A stretch of DNA of 64,000 nucleotides, from contig NW_003314349.1 in assembly GCF_000143415.4 (NCBI RefSeq), positions 257,172 to 321,171 of the forward strand, read 5' to 3'. The position numbers and the translations under genes are program-made. Below are positions 38,178-50,212 of this stretch, in pieces. The notes beneath the pieces are model-generated. The model ran no database searches. It was not told the DNA's origin and saw only the letters and a program-made list of their open reading frames with translations. Source of the DNA: Selaginella moellendorffii (lineage: Eukaryota; Plantae; Lycopodiophyta). How positions within the stretch are numbered: position 1 is the first letter of the stretch; every line of letters starts with the position of its first letter.

Positions 38178-38732
38178 TCACATTACATTAAAAGGTGGCC
38201 TAAATATCCCATATTCAGCCCTTACTGATGCAGTGTTCACCAATAGAATATTGTTCTCCACCATGAAATCATAATAGCTGTGTGTTTTTAATTCTTTCTT
38301 GATTTTTTTATACATCCACGCGTGCACACCTTCCAAACCCGCTTTTGGGCATTTGCGACAATGCTCAATAAAATTTACCAAACCCATGCAACCATCTGTC
38401 TTGTTTAAATAAAAGTTGCATATAGGACACTGAAGATAATATGTATCTACATTAAGCTCCCCTGCCATATCTGGAGCAAGATCTTGAAGAAAATATTGAC
38501 ATCACTCTTGAAGCATTGGAGGCAATCCAACTTTTTTAACAACATCATAAGAAAGGAGTTCTTGTTCAGTTGCACTCGAGGTCGCAAATGGAAGAGCCTC
38601 ACAACAGCCCTCAAAATGAAAAAGAAGATTGTTGCGTAGAGGTGAAGGTGGATTATTGGTTGAGATTGGAGATGGAGGTGGAGACTTATATGAGAGGCTT
38701 TCGGGACCAAAAGTAAACTTCTTCCTAACCAT
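38178..38732 (-). pseudogene. Paralog of 37371-37919 with one in-frame TGA (38502-38504)
   Basis: LQE*CQYFLQDLAPDM aligns to LQERCQMFLQDLAPDM (CGA in the paralog). Retains CPIC...EHC...GVHAW...KKEL. Confidence 0.75.
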
Positions 38733-38912
38733 TGCAACACACAAGAAGAATTAAACTTCCTAGCAATAAGAATTCTCTCATTAATATACTATATTTCAAT
38801 ATCGGGAATGATGTTTTATTATGACATGACACTATATTGAATGATAATTGTCAGTCTTAGTAATTACAACCTACTATAAGAGACAAGTGGCTATAGGGTT
38901 TCAGAAGCTAAA

Positions 38913-39462
38913 TGTGAGACACAAAATCCCTAGGCCGAGCCGGAAGGGCGCCACGTGGTAGTGGCCGAAGCGAGAGCCAAACGAGCGTAACACGTTTGGA
39001 CCAAAAGCTCCGACTTGAAAAGTCAAGAGCGGGAGTGGAACTCCCAACGAAGTGCTCAAGGAACGAGCACGAAACGAGCCATAGGCGAGGCTCCAAAAAG
39101 GGACCCAAAAGGACCAACACATGACACGTGGAAGTGTCTAAGATGGAGTCCGATATGGAGTCCGAGATGGACCCGAAGTGGAGTCCGAGATGGAGTCTGA
39201 GATGGAGTCCGAGATGGACCCGAGATGGAGTCCGAGATGGACCCGAGAAGGAGTCCGAGATGGAGTCCGAGATGGACCCGAGAAGGAGTCCGAGATGGAG
39301 TCCGAGATGGACCCGAGATGGAGTCCGAGGTGGAGTCCGAGGTGGACCCGAGGTGGACCCGAAATGGAGTCCGAGATGGAGTCCGAGATGGACCCGAGAT
39401 GGAGTCCGAGATGGAGTCCGAGATGGACCCGAGATGGAGTCCGAAGTCGAGACCGAGACCGG

Positions 39463-39506
<44 letters not shown>

Positions 39507-40614
39507 TCGGGACTGAGACCGAGCCCGAGGCCGAGGCCGAGACCGAGCCCGAGCCCGAGCCCGAGTCCGAGTCCGAGTCCGAGTCCGAGTCCGAGTCTGA
39601 GTCCGAGTTCGAGTTTGAGAGGGTGAAAGCCCAAAGCGTTCGTCTCCCAGACCCTGGGGGGTTTGGTGAGCTCCAAAAGTATAGTAGGGGGAGGACTGCA
39701 GTGGAGCCAGTTTGGCCAGGAAAGGCCAGTTTGGCCCAGGAAGGCCGGACCCAGTGTTGGGTGAGGAGCTGCCCACTGGGAAGTCCAAGACTAGAGTGAA
39801 CACGGACCGACAAGCGGGGTAGCTTGGTGAAGTGTTCAAGAGCCGGCTCTAGTTCCCCCGGGAGATCGACTGGCCGATGCTCCCAGTCCAAGTGTGGGTG
39901 GCACTACCTACTTGGATACCAGGTGTGGCTCAACGGAACCTCGCTCTAAGCCCATGGCTAGAGCACCTAAAGGCGATAGGTGGGGAGAGTACCCAGGTGG
40001 CTCGCGTAAGGCCACGGTGTTCCGAAATGTTGTCCCAAAGGCCCAGACTGTGGAAAGGAAGAGGAGCAGTCCTCTGGAGCAGTGACCAAGGACGCAGTCG
40101 TGTGGTGAGGAAGTCCCAGAGGACCGTGGGACTTAGTGGTCGGGCCTGTGGGCCTCGATCCAGTGGCAGTGTTGGCAAACACGGCCAAGGGCAGAAAGGG
40201 ACTTAGTGGGGACTGACAGAGGGATATTGGGGAAGGCTAATCCCCATGTCAGTGGGCATCCTAAGGATGCTAAGGAGTGGATCTGGGATGATCACTCATG
40301 GATGGATGGCCCAGTCTTTGAGTGACAGGACTGGGATGCAGGTGGTGTCAGACCATAGGTGTGACCAAGGTGAATGGGCATGGCCTTAGCGTAACGGGCC
40401 GATACGTCGGTGGTACCTTGGGGTGTCGATCATGGGATCGGACACGGGGAGCACTTGGACCAAGTGCTAAGGTTGAGTGGCATGGATGCCATTCTCGGGG
40501 CTGGCAAGCCCCAAGTCCTGAGTTGGACTTATGGAGGTTGTGAATGAGACTCCTCCAAGTGGTCGGAGGTGTGGTTAAGTGACTAAAGTAAAATGGAAAA
40601 ATTAGTCGCTTACA
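38913..40614 (+). repeat. 5' LTR (1702 bp) with 11-12-bp (GGAGTCCGAGAT/GGACCCGAGAT) and 6-bp (CCGAGN) tandem arrays at ~39140-39615
   Basis: Direct repeat of 44722-46458. Confidence 0.95.
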
Positions 40615-43600
40615 ACTTGGTATCGGAGCTGTTCCTTAGTCCGACTTTTATTGGTGCTCAAGTATATCACCACTAGTGTTGGCATCGGAAGGTCCGAGGA
40701 GTGGGCCTATCTTTGAGGAGTAGCAAGTCGGGAAGACATGGCTCTCCATTACAGTTCATGTGTGAACTTGTAGACAAGGTGGTGGATAGAAAAGGGCCAA
40801 TAATGGAACGACTTTGGGATCTTGGGAACAGTGCAATGTTTTCCTCATTGAGTTGAGGATGTGATCCGGATGAGCATTTGCCTCAGCAAATTGGCTAAGG
40901 TAGTTGTGGTAAACAACTATAGTTGGGATCATGGGAAAGATAGAGACTCCAAAACAATAAAGGAGTCACAAGATTGTCCTCGTATAGTTGAGGTTGGTGC
41001 TCATGAATGTGAGACCAGAGGTAATGACCGTGGGAGGTCAAGTATGGATGAGGACACGAGTCCTCGAAATGGTAGCCGGGGCTACCTCTAATAAATGCTG
41101 GAACAACCCAAGGAGTTGGGGGTGTATTAAGTGGATGAGTTGGTATTCTCATCACATGGACAAGTAGTCCTAAGGGGCAAAGGTTGCCCCCAGAGAAAAA
41201 AATCAAGTGTCAGAGTAACACTTGTGAAAATAGTCCTTTTGAGTAGGACAGGAATGCAAGAAGTGTATTCCAGTGAGCTAGTGCCTCACAAGTAGGACCT
41301 TACGGGTCTGTGGATTAACCAAGTCCAAAACTGCTGGATGACTCAAGTAGAGTCAAGGGATGGTCCTAAAAGGACCGATGGAAGCATTTGGACTGAGGTG
41401 TGTTGTACCCCACAAAGGATGGGGGGGGGATCATAGGATCCAAGGATGAGAACAGAGGGTATCTCATCGATGGCAAAATGTGCCATGCTAAAGTCGTGGG
41501 AAAAGTGTTCCCAAAAAGAAAACAACTTTGACACAAAGTTGTGTGTGACCTCTATGATGCAGTGCTAACAGATGGTTGGCATGAGAAAGAGTGGTATTGG
41601 TCTTGGCAAAGACTTAGACACAAAGAAAAAGTGTCATAGAGGTAGGCTCGTGGAGCCGATGGTGTGAAGACACCAAATATGCCAAGGTGTGATACCTTGA
41701 GGCTAGGTTGGTGGGTTCATGAGAACCCCTTGCCAAGGGAATCCCAATAGAAATGGGAATGGCATAGCCTAAGTTGCAGAGCATGCAGTTGGAGTGTGGT
41801 GACCCAGATAATGATGGAGGTGTGGAAGCACCAGCAATGAGTTGTAGGACTTGACAACTACAAGGCAACTAAGCAAGAGGTGCAAAATAATTGGTTAAAC
41901 GGGTAGAAGGTAGCTACCCAAGCCTTCTTAATGGCATAGGGAAGTTGGATATACCCTTACGGGGGATAATTGTTTATGTTGCGATATAGTAAGTCAATGT
42001 CATAAAAGGAAATACTCATTGTCAAGGAAGCCGTCATTGGGACACCCGAACACTCTAGAACACCAGGAGGTGGTGTTTGATGTCGCGAGGGCAGTAGATA
42101 AGGCCCAAGGGACTAAGTCCCTAGCGAATGATGGATAGTAGGTGCTATCCAAATGTCCAAGGTGGCAGAGACAGGAGAAGACTGTCTACTCGAATTGGAC
42201 AAAGCCAAAAGTGGAATTTTGGCAAGGCTAGCGATGGGCATACAAAGGCCCGTAAGCAACAACGTAATCCCGGTGTGTGGGATTATAAGGTGAGCATACC
42301 TGGATTGAGGAACCACTCCCTAGGCTATCGAGTAGGTTCATCCCTAAGAATACTTGCTAAGGCATGATAGAAAGTGCAAAGCTATCCTCCTGGTCTGGAG
42401 GAGAATGACCGAAGGAAAGGTGTGAAGCCAAAAGCAAAAAGTAAGGGGATAGAACCGAACTATAGGAATCAAAGGGCATAACCAAAGTGGTTATGCCAGT
42501 TGGGAGTGGAGAATCAAGTGGGGGCTCGAGGGTGTTGCCGCTAGCAACCGTGATGCCATGGAGAGTCTAAAATATGGAATTGTCCATGTTAGACTATATG
42601 GTAATTGGAAAGCTTGCCAAAAAGGGGGGGCCTTAGCAAGCTAAGGGACAGAGTTCCTTCAAATTTCCCAAAGAGGATTCTAGGTAGCTTAGTACCTAGA
42701 AAGGCCAAGTGTAAATGGTTCAAGGAACGCGCGAAATCAGAGTGGCGCAGCAGAAGCGTGGTCTTGAAGCTTGCCATGAGGCAAGGCTATCAAGGTTAGG
42801 GAAGTAGTTCCCGAGTGTTCAAAGAAAGGGCTTTGAACGAAAGTCGATGGTCAAGGACTTTCACGCTTATGCATGAACCATGTTACAGTGGTCGGAGGAC
42901 TTGCCAAGCAAGACTGGCAAGTCGGGGGAACAAATACCCTGTTGAAGGTGATAACTTCAAAAAGGGTGGGCCATGGGGCCAAGCATGGAGGAGTCCATGC
43001 ATGATCACAGACTTGTCAAGTGAGAGGACTTGGCAATGTGGAGGAACTAGGTTCCTAAGCTGTGATCTGAAGTGCGCTTTAAATATAGGTTGGTGCACCG
43101 GTGTGGGGAGTCATGCCAGGCATCCGGTGTGATGCCGTCCGTAGATGCATATACGGAGGTTGGGTTTGAGTCCCGACCCTCTAGTGCTTGGGTTCGAGTC
43201 CCAAATCACTAGGGCGTGGTGATGGTTTGGAATATGAGGACACTCATATTTCGGTGGTCATGGACTCTCAGTGGGGAGACTGGTTTGGGCACACCGCCAA
43301 GCGAGGGATGCCTCGGAGTCGTGATGCACGGTTAGATTGCTTAGTGTGAAAGCTCGGCATATCTAACTTGAACACTTTGGTGCACGTGGCACCAAGGACG
43401 TGGTGAGTGAGATGGGGACACCTAATCTCAGTTGCTATGGACCCTTGGCCGGAAGGGCTGGCTTGGGCGCACCGCCAAGTGTGGGGGATGCCCCCGGGGT
43501 CGTAGTTAACAAGTTAAAGGTCTGGAAGACCTAGTACCTATTGGCAAACCTGTTAAGGTGCCGAGGTGAGATCACTAGGTGATCTTGTGGCTAAATAAGG

Positions 43601-44721
43601 ACAAGGTCCTTGTTTGGGCTAAGGAATAAGGTTCCTAGTTCAAAGTGTTGATTTGAACTATTGATGATGGTGTGGCTTGGTCAAGGTGACCAAGTGGGAA
43701 AAGCACCTTAGGGAAATGAGCTATGTCATTGCGATGGCATAGTGTGTCCAAGGAAAGTAGTCTCTAAAGAGACCCATGGGAGGGTCACAAAGTTGGGCCG
43801 TGGATAGAGCCCACTGCAGAAGATGCTAAAGAGACTTACTAGGGGTGAACACCCTAGTCTTGGCAAAGCAGAGCCTTTGCTATGGAATCAAAAGAATACC
43901 TCAAGGAGGGAGGTAGAGATTCAGTGTTGCTTGGTGCAACAATCAACGGATAGGAGCAAAAGATGAGTGGCCAAGATAGGGCCGTGGAATCCCTTGGAAG
44001 GAATCCAAGTGGCAAAGTTCGGCGAGGAACACTAATGTGTTGGACGCTAACAAATTGCGGGAAAGGAAGCGAGTTTCCAAGGATGGATTCCAAATTGCTC
44101 CGGTTTGGCGAAAGGGGAAGCTCCGAGGGAGGGAGCGGTAAAGTAGCCAAATGATAGGGCCATGGACAACCCTAGCACAAAGTATGATAACTGGAACTTA
44201 GTGCCCAAGGTGGCACGAAATAGAAGAGAGGATGATGGTGCCCTCAAGTAGAGAACTTCCTAGGATGAGGGAGTGGAGTTGCACAATATGTGCAATGCAA
44301 GGTGTTGGAGACACCTAGGGAATTGACTTCCAGAAGTCAAAGAGTAAAAGTTCCAAGGTGCAAACGTTCAATCAATGGAAATTGAGACTACTCGAGAAGG
44401 AGTAGTGGTATTGACTTAGAAAAGGGTCTCTAAAAGGTTTAGCAAGAACTAAATCAATAAAAGGAGAGAACCACTGCATGTGGTCTAATCAGTCTCTAAG
44501 TTGGAGAGACTACCCTCCTTAGAGGAAGGGCAAGGCATGGAGAGCCTATGGTGTCAAACCATTGACGAGTATGGAGAAGGCATGGTGAGCCTTCAATGTC
44601 AAACCATTGACGAATATTGGCTAGGTGCCAAGGATGGAAATAGTAACACATGCGGGTGTTACTTTATAAAATGGTTTACCGTTCGATGAGGACATCGAAC
44701 TTCGTCTATGGGTGGTGGAGT

Positions 44722-45306
44722 TGTGAGACACAAAATCCCTAGGCCGAGCCGGAAGGGCGCCACGTGGTAGTGGCCGAAGCGAGAGCCAAACGAGCGTAAC
44801 ACGTTTGGACCAAAAGCTCCGACTTGAAAAGTCAAGAGTGGGAGTGGAACTCCCAACGAAGTGCTCAAGGAACGAGCACGAAACGAGCCATAGGCGAGGC
44901 TCCAAAAAGGGACCCAAAAGGACCAACACATGACACATGGAAGTGTCTAAGATGGAGTCCGATATGGAGTCCGAGATGGACCCGAAGTGGAGTCCGAGAT
45001 GGAGTCTGAGATGGAGTCCGAGATGGACCCGAGATGGAGTCCGAGATGGACCCGAGAAGGAGTCCGAGATGGAGTCCGAGATGGACCCGAGAAGGAGTCC
45101 GAGATGGAGTCCGAGATGGACCCGAGAAGGAGTCCGAGATGGAGTCCGAGATGGACCCGAGATGGAGTCCGAGGTGGAGTCCGAGGTGGACCCGAGGTGG
45201 ACCCGAAATGGAGTCCGAGATGGAGTCCGAGATGGACCCGAGATGGAGTCCGAGATGGAGTCCGAGATGGACCCGAGATGGAGTCCGAAGTCGAGACCGA
45301 GACCGG

Positions 45307-45338
<32 letters not shown>

Positions 45339-46458
45339 TCGGGACTGAGACTGAGCCCGAGGCCGAGGCCGAGACCGAGCCCGAGCCCGAGCCCGAGTCC
45401 GAGTCCGAGTCCGAGTCCGAGTCCGAGTCCAAGTCCGAGTCCGAGTCCGAGTTCGAGTCTGAGAGGGTGAAAGCCCAAAGCGTTCGTCTCCCAGACCCTG
45501 GGGGGTTTGGTGAGCTCCAAAAGTATAGTAGGGGGAGGACTGCAGTGGAGCCAGTTTGGCCAGGAAAGGCCAGTTTGGCCCAGGAAGGCCGGACCCAGTG
45601 TTGGGTGAGGAGCTGCCCACTGGGAAGTCCAAGACTAGAGTGAACACGGACCAACAAGCGGGGTAGCTTGGTGAAGTGTTCAAGAGCCGGCTCTAGTTCC
45701 CCCGGGAGATCGACTGGCCGATGCTCCCAGTCCAAGTGTGGGTGGCACTACCTACTTGGATACCAGGTGTGGCTCAACGGAACCTCGCTCTAAGCCCATG
45801 GCTAGAGCACCTAAAGGCGATAGGTGGGGAGAGTACCCAGGTGGCTCGCGTAAGGCCACGGTGTTCCGAAATGTTGTCCCAAAGGCCCAGACTGTGGAAA
45901 GGAAGAGGAGCAGTCCTCTGGAGCAGTGACCAAGGACGCAGTCGTGTGGTGAGGAAGTCCCAAAGGACCGTGGGACTTAGTGGTCGGGCCTGTGGGCCTC
46001 GATCCAGTGGCAGTGTTGGCAAACACGGCCAAGGGCAGAAAGGGACTTAGTGGGGACTGACAGAGGGATATTGGGGAAGGCTAATCCCCATGTCAGTGGG
46101 CATCCTAAGGATGCTAAGGAGTGGATCTGGGATGATCACTCATGGATGGATGGCCCAGTCTTTGAGTGACAGAACTGGGATGCAAGTGGTGTCAGACCAT
46201 AGGTGTGACCAAGGTGAATGGGCATGGCCTTAACGTAACGGGCCGATACGTCGGTGGTACCTTGGGGTGTCGATCATGGGATCGGACACGGGGAGCACTT
46301 GGACCAAGTGCTAAGGTTGAGTGGCATGGATGCCATTCTCGGGGCTGGCAAGCCCCAAGTCCTGAGTTGGACTTATGGAGGTTGTGAATGAGACTCCTCC
46401 AAGTGGTCGGAGGTGTGGTTAAGTGACTAAAGTAAAATGGAAAAATTAGTCGCTTACA
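44722..46458 (+). repeat. 3' LTR (1737 bp)
   Basis: Direct repeat of 38913-40614 with few substitutions and a different tandem-unit count. Confidence 0.95.
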
Positions 46459-46726
46459 CTAAAAACTAGCATATAATTAATACGGAGCCTTATTTTATAT
46501 AGTTGGCCTGCCATATATAATAATGGCGAATACACACAAGCACATGAGTATGCCTTTTTGCAAGATTACCTTTCAATCCCAAAATCATATATAGATTTAA
46601 ATCTTTGATTTGTCCACATCATATATCTTTGCAAAGACAAAACATATCAAAAGGAATAAGATATATATATAAAAAACTTACATTTTTTTATAATATTTTA
46701 GTGGATTACAAAAGCCATTGAAAGGT

Positions 46727-46972
46727 TTATAGAGTGGATTTATTAGTGCTTTCCGCTGTGCTGTCCATTTCTTTTTTTCTTTTGCTCTGGATTGTTGTTT
46801 CGGAAGTAACAGGAGCATTTTTATCAATAGTGACAGTGGTCTCCACATTCCCGGATGGGTAATAAGGATCAGGCGTGTAATATGGAGATTGTGGTAGTGA
46901 AACAAAATTAACATTCTCACATTTCTGTATGCTAGAACTACTTACAGATTTTTTGTCTTCCTTGCTTCCCAT
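46727..46972 (-). pseudogene. Possible further decayed cargo gene (S/T/P-rich N-terminus)
   Basis: ORF MGSKEDKK... continues through TAA codons to a gtaagt donor near 46681. No recognisable domain. Confidence 0.3.
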
Positions 46973-47290
46973 CTCTGTAAACACTAAAGAATGAACGAGT
47001 GAATCAGTGTTTCAAATTATTTATATATTTTTGGTCAATTGTTGAAATGTTAAAATGTTGAAATGTACAATAGAAATTTTAGGTTCATTCGAACTTCAAT
47101 ATTCCCATTTTATTTGGGACCAATAAAGCCCAAAAATTTCTATGGGTTCAGATGAACTTCTAATTCTAGAAATTGTATAAATTGCATTAGAAAGATTCAA
47201 AAAATAGAAATCTCTCTGAACCATTGATACTTAAATTCATAAATTTCAAGTTCACCAAAGAATAACATTTTTCTGACTTAATATTTCCTA

Positions 47291-47704
47291 TACTATTCAA
47301 ACCCAAGGACGCTTAACCCCAAATATCCCAAGACCCTTAACCGATTGGAAAAGGGGGTGCACTCTTGTTCATGGGCCCTTTCCCTCTATATTTGAACCCC
47401 ATGGATCGTCTCTCGAGTCGTTCCTTTTGGTTGCTTACAATCCACCACGCTTCCCTGCAAGTTCACGCCCTCATGAACGGAAGCTAAGAGCCGTAGCTCT
47501 CCCGAGAGCCCTGCTTTCTTGACACCCTACCCTCCCGGGAGGTCACCCAGCCCAGTACTATTCAAACCCAAGGACGCTTAACCCCAAATATCCCAAGACC
47601 CTTAACCGATTGGAAAAGGGGGTGCATTCTTGTTCATGGGCCCTTTCCCTCTATATTTAAACCCCATGGATTGTCTCTCAAGTCATTCCCTTTGGTTGCT
47701 TACA
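47291..47704 (-). mobile_element. Cassandra-like TRIM (two partial LTRs plus short internal segment) next to the right TIR
   Basis: LTR copies at 47291-47439 and ~47532-47704, the second with 5S-like ggaggtcacccagcccagtacta. PPT-like gggaagcgtggtgga on the minus strand. Confidence 0.8.
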
Positions 47705-47707
47705 CTG

Positions 47708-47752
47708 AATTGAGCTCAACTCGTGAGCTCAACTCAACTTTGGACCATCCCC
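47708..47752 (-). repeat. Right TIR
   Basis: Reverse complement reads GGGGATGGTCCAAAGTTGAGTTGAGCTCACGAGTTGAGCTCAATT. Confidence 0.9.
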
Positions 47753-48010
47753 CTCCTCTTTTGGCTGCGTGGTAGGCTGCCTCAAATAAGCAGAGTAAGT
47801 GATTGTCTCCAGAACAGTGAGCTTTCCCAGCAAAACATGCTCTTGATTTACATAAGCATCTGATAGAAAGCTTGAGAATCACTAAATCAAATGTTTATAC
47901 ACACCACAGTCCCATGCCTCATGTTTGTCTGGAGATTCCCATTGGATCCTTCTCGCCCCACAATCTACCTGTGATGAACGACAATGCAAGAATCTTAGTC
48001 TCAAACACGT
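47753..48010 (-). pseudogene. Inverted ABCG fragment, right part
   Basis: Continues 27625-27735 and matches 11025-11285. Confidence 0.85.
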
Positions 48011-48155
48011 GCTCAATCTTTAGAGAGTCTTGCGAAGTCACTGAAAGACTCGTTGACTTTGGAGATGGGTTGCGTAAAGTATATATATCCCACCACACAA
48101 ACTTTTGTTTGAATTGATGCGAAACGAATATACTAGTACATAGCGCTCAAGAACC

Positions 48156-50212
48156 CTAGAATCGGAAGGTAACGAGCTCGGGATCAATGCCGGCGGGCGC
48201 CGTGCTGCTCTGCCCTGGATCGTGAGCCAGTTGCTTGGCAATCGCCATAGCGGTACCCAGGTAATCTTTATGCTGCTGGAGCAGTGGGAGTTTCGTCCAT
48301 TCCTTGTGTAATGTGGCCTTGGCGGTGGTGTTGATGCTGTTCTTCTCCTCGTATTTCCAGTTCCCAGTCTGCCACTCGAATTCGTAGAGGGGGAGAAAGC
48401 GTTGGCCATAGTCCGCCACGAACTCTATGGCGCACAGCAAGAAATGGAACTCTTCCTTGGAGAGGAAGTATGCGAAGTTCAAGCGCGTCCATCCAGGTTT
48501 GACACCGCTATATCCCTGTGAGAAAAAAAAAAGTCCTTTCCTCGTTAGAAAAAGCTCCTTGGCGAAACCTTCTATTGTTTTACTTCTCAACCTCTTGAAT
48601 TGCCGCTCGAAATTTCAGGGAGAGCTCATCACTGACTTTGAGAAGCTTGTGGCCGTAAGGACCGGCACACGAGCACCCTCCTCTCGACTGGATCCCAAAC
48701 AAATCGTTGAGGAGCTTGGCTACAAACCGGCCTTGCAGCACGGTTTGCTGGATTCCACCGTTGGAATCAGTGGTCCAGACGACGAACGAGACGATCGCTG
48801 CTCGTTTCACTTGCTTGTTCCCGAGCACCACTATCTTTCGGTTCTTGGACAACCTTTTCAACGCGGTGGTGATGAAGTTGTGCTCTCTCGACTCGATGAG
48901 ACGGTATCCCATTTCTTCTTGGACAGTGAAGACAATCCCGGCTTTTATCCGCTGGAGTATGGAAGGTGTTCCAGCGTCTTCTCGGCTTTCAATGTCCTCC
49001 AGGTAGAGTGTGTCCTGGTATGAGTTTGTTTAGTGTTGGTTTACTTTTTTCTTTCGCTGGAAAGGGAACTGACCTCTTTGTTGTAGTTGACGAAGTCTAC
49101 CACTCCTCCACCTGTTGTCGACGGTGCGTGATCCTTGAGCTTGTAAAGCTTTTTGTTCATGCAAAGCAGGCCCGGTGTTCCTGGCCCTCCGACATACTTG
49201 TGTGGACTCAGCATCACAGCATCGTATCCATCAGCTTTTCGCGATCGCATGTCGATCTTCACGTATGGACCGCTGTTGATCAGATTAGCTTATTTTCGTC
49301 CTTGGTAAAAGATCTCGTCTTACCAGCTTGCGAAATCAAAACATGCTAATGCTCCATGTTTGTGTAGAAGGCGAGCGATGGCTCTAGTGTCCGCTAAAAC
49401 TCCCGTGACATTACTGCAAGCGGAGAAGGACCCAAGCATTGGACGATCTGCGTGCTTGGGATTTTGCAGCTCCTCTTCGAGGTACTTCATGTCAATCAAT
49501 CCATCCTCGGTCATTGGAACTTGAATAACCTGTGGTTTAAACAGTTGACAGATTGAGAGAAACTAAAAAGTCCAACCTCGGCAAGACTTTGCCTCCAGGG
49601 AAGAAGGTTGGAATGATGCTCGTATGGGCCTATGAACACCAGCCATCTCTTCCTGTCATCGATCGCTGCCACGGCTGACTCTCTCATTTGGGGCGGCACA
49701 GACAAGCCCAAAAGTTCGTGGAGCTTTTTCACAGCTGCAGTGGTTCCAGAGCCGCAGAAGAAGAGAGCATCATCCTCGGTTCCTCCCAGGGACTCCTTGA
49801 CATAACTCGTGGCCAGTTTCACCATCCGGGTGGTCTTCTCTCCGACGTAGCTGTCCTCGGCATGCGTGTTCCCTGAAACAGAATGCAGCGGGTCCAGATA
49901 TGCAGAAGAGAATTCACGGCTTCACTCACCGTAGGACGGCATGACCTGCTTGATGAGGAAGTTTTCTATATAGAACAAGCAGCGGCCAGAGGCAGTGTAA
50001 TCGGCATAAGTGAGAAGCCTGCTGCCGAATGGTGTGGAGATTTGGAGCTGGGAGCCGATGATCTGGGATCTGAGCCAGACACACTTTTGCTCATCGTCAA
50101 AGGGCCTGAAGAACTTGAAAGGATTGGGCTTGAAGATTGGCTGCCAATCCTCCTCGATGCTGGGAGTTACCTTGCCGACCTTGGAAGCCGACTTTGGAGC
50201 AAAGCACCTCAT
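48156..50212 (-). CDS. PLP-dependent aminotransferase class V / cysteine desulfurase-like protein, second copy
   Basis: Near-identical to 11419-13476 with the same motifs and introns. The upstream exon (ATG 50365) has a 1-nt deletion. Confidence 0.88.

Larger units (their letters stand above)
38913..46458 (+). mobile_element. Non-autonomous LTR retrotransposon (LARD-like) nested in the DNA transposon; TSD CTAAA
   Basis: TG...CA LTRs at 38913-40614 and 44722-46458. CTAAA at 38908-38912 and 46459-46463. PBS tggtatcggagc (tRNA-iMet type) after LTR1, PPT gggtggtggag before LTR2. The 4.1-kb interior has no long ORF. Confidence 0.95.
27736..47752. mobile_element. ~20-kb Mutator-like DNA transposon with cargo genes; 8-bp TSD CTCCTCTT
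   Basis: TSD at 27728-27735 and 47753-47760. Paralogous empty sites near 1738, 11025 and 19662 carry a single CTCCTCTT. Imperfect TIRs and an internal DDE/SWIM transposase. Confidence 0.93.

Noticed and set aside
38908-39891. Long overlapping ORFs rich in SR, ES, LG and SD dipeptides (also 44621-45735)
   Set aside because: Artefacts of stop-poor 6-12-bp tandem repeats inside LTRs. They are open in nearly all frames on both strands.
27727-47760. 9-bp canonical MULE TSD
   Set aside because: The ninth base differs (T vs C), and the termini align without a gap only with the 8-bp TSD.
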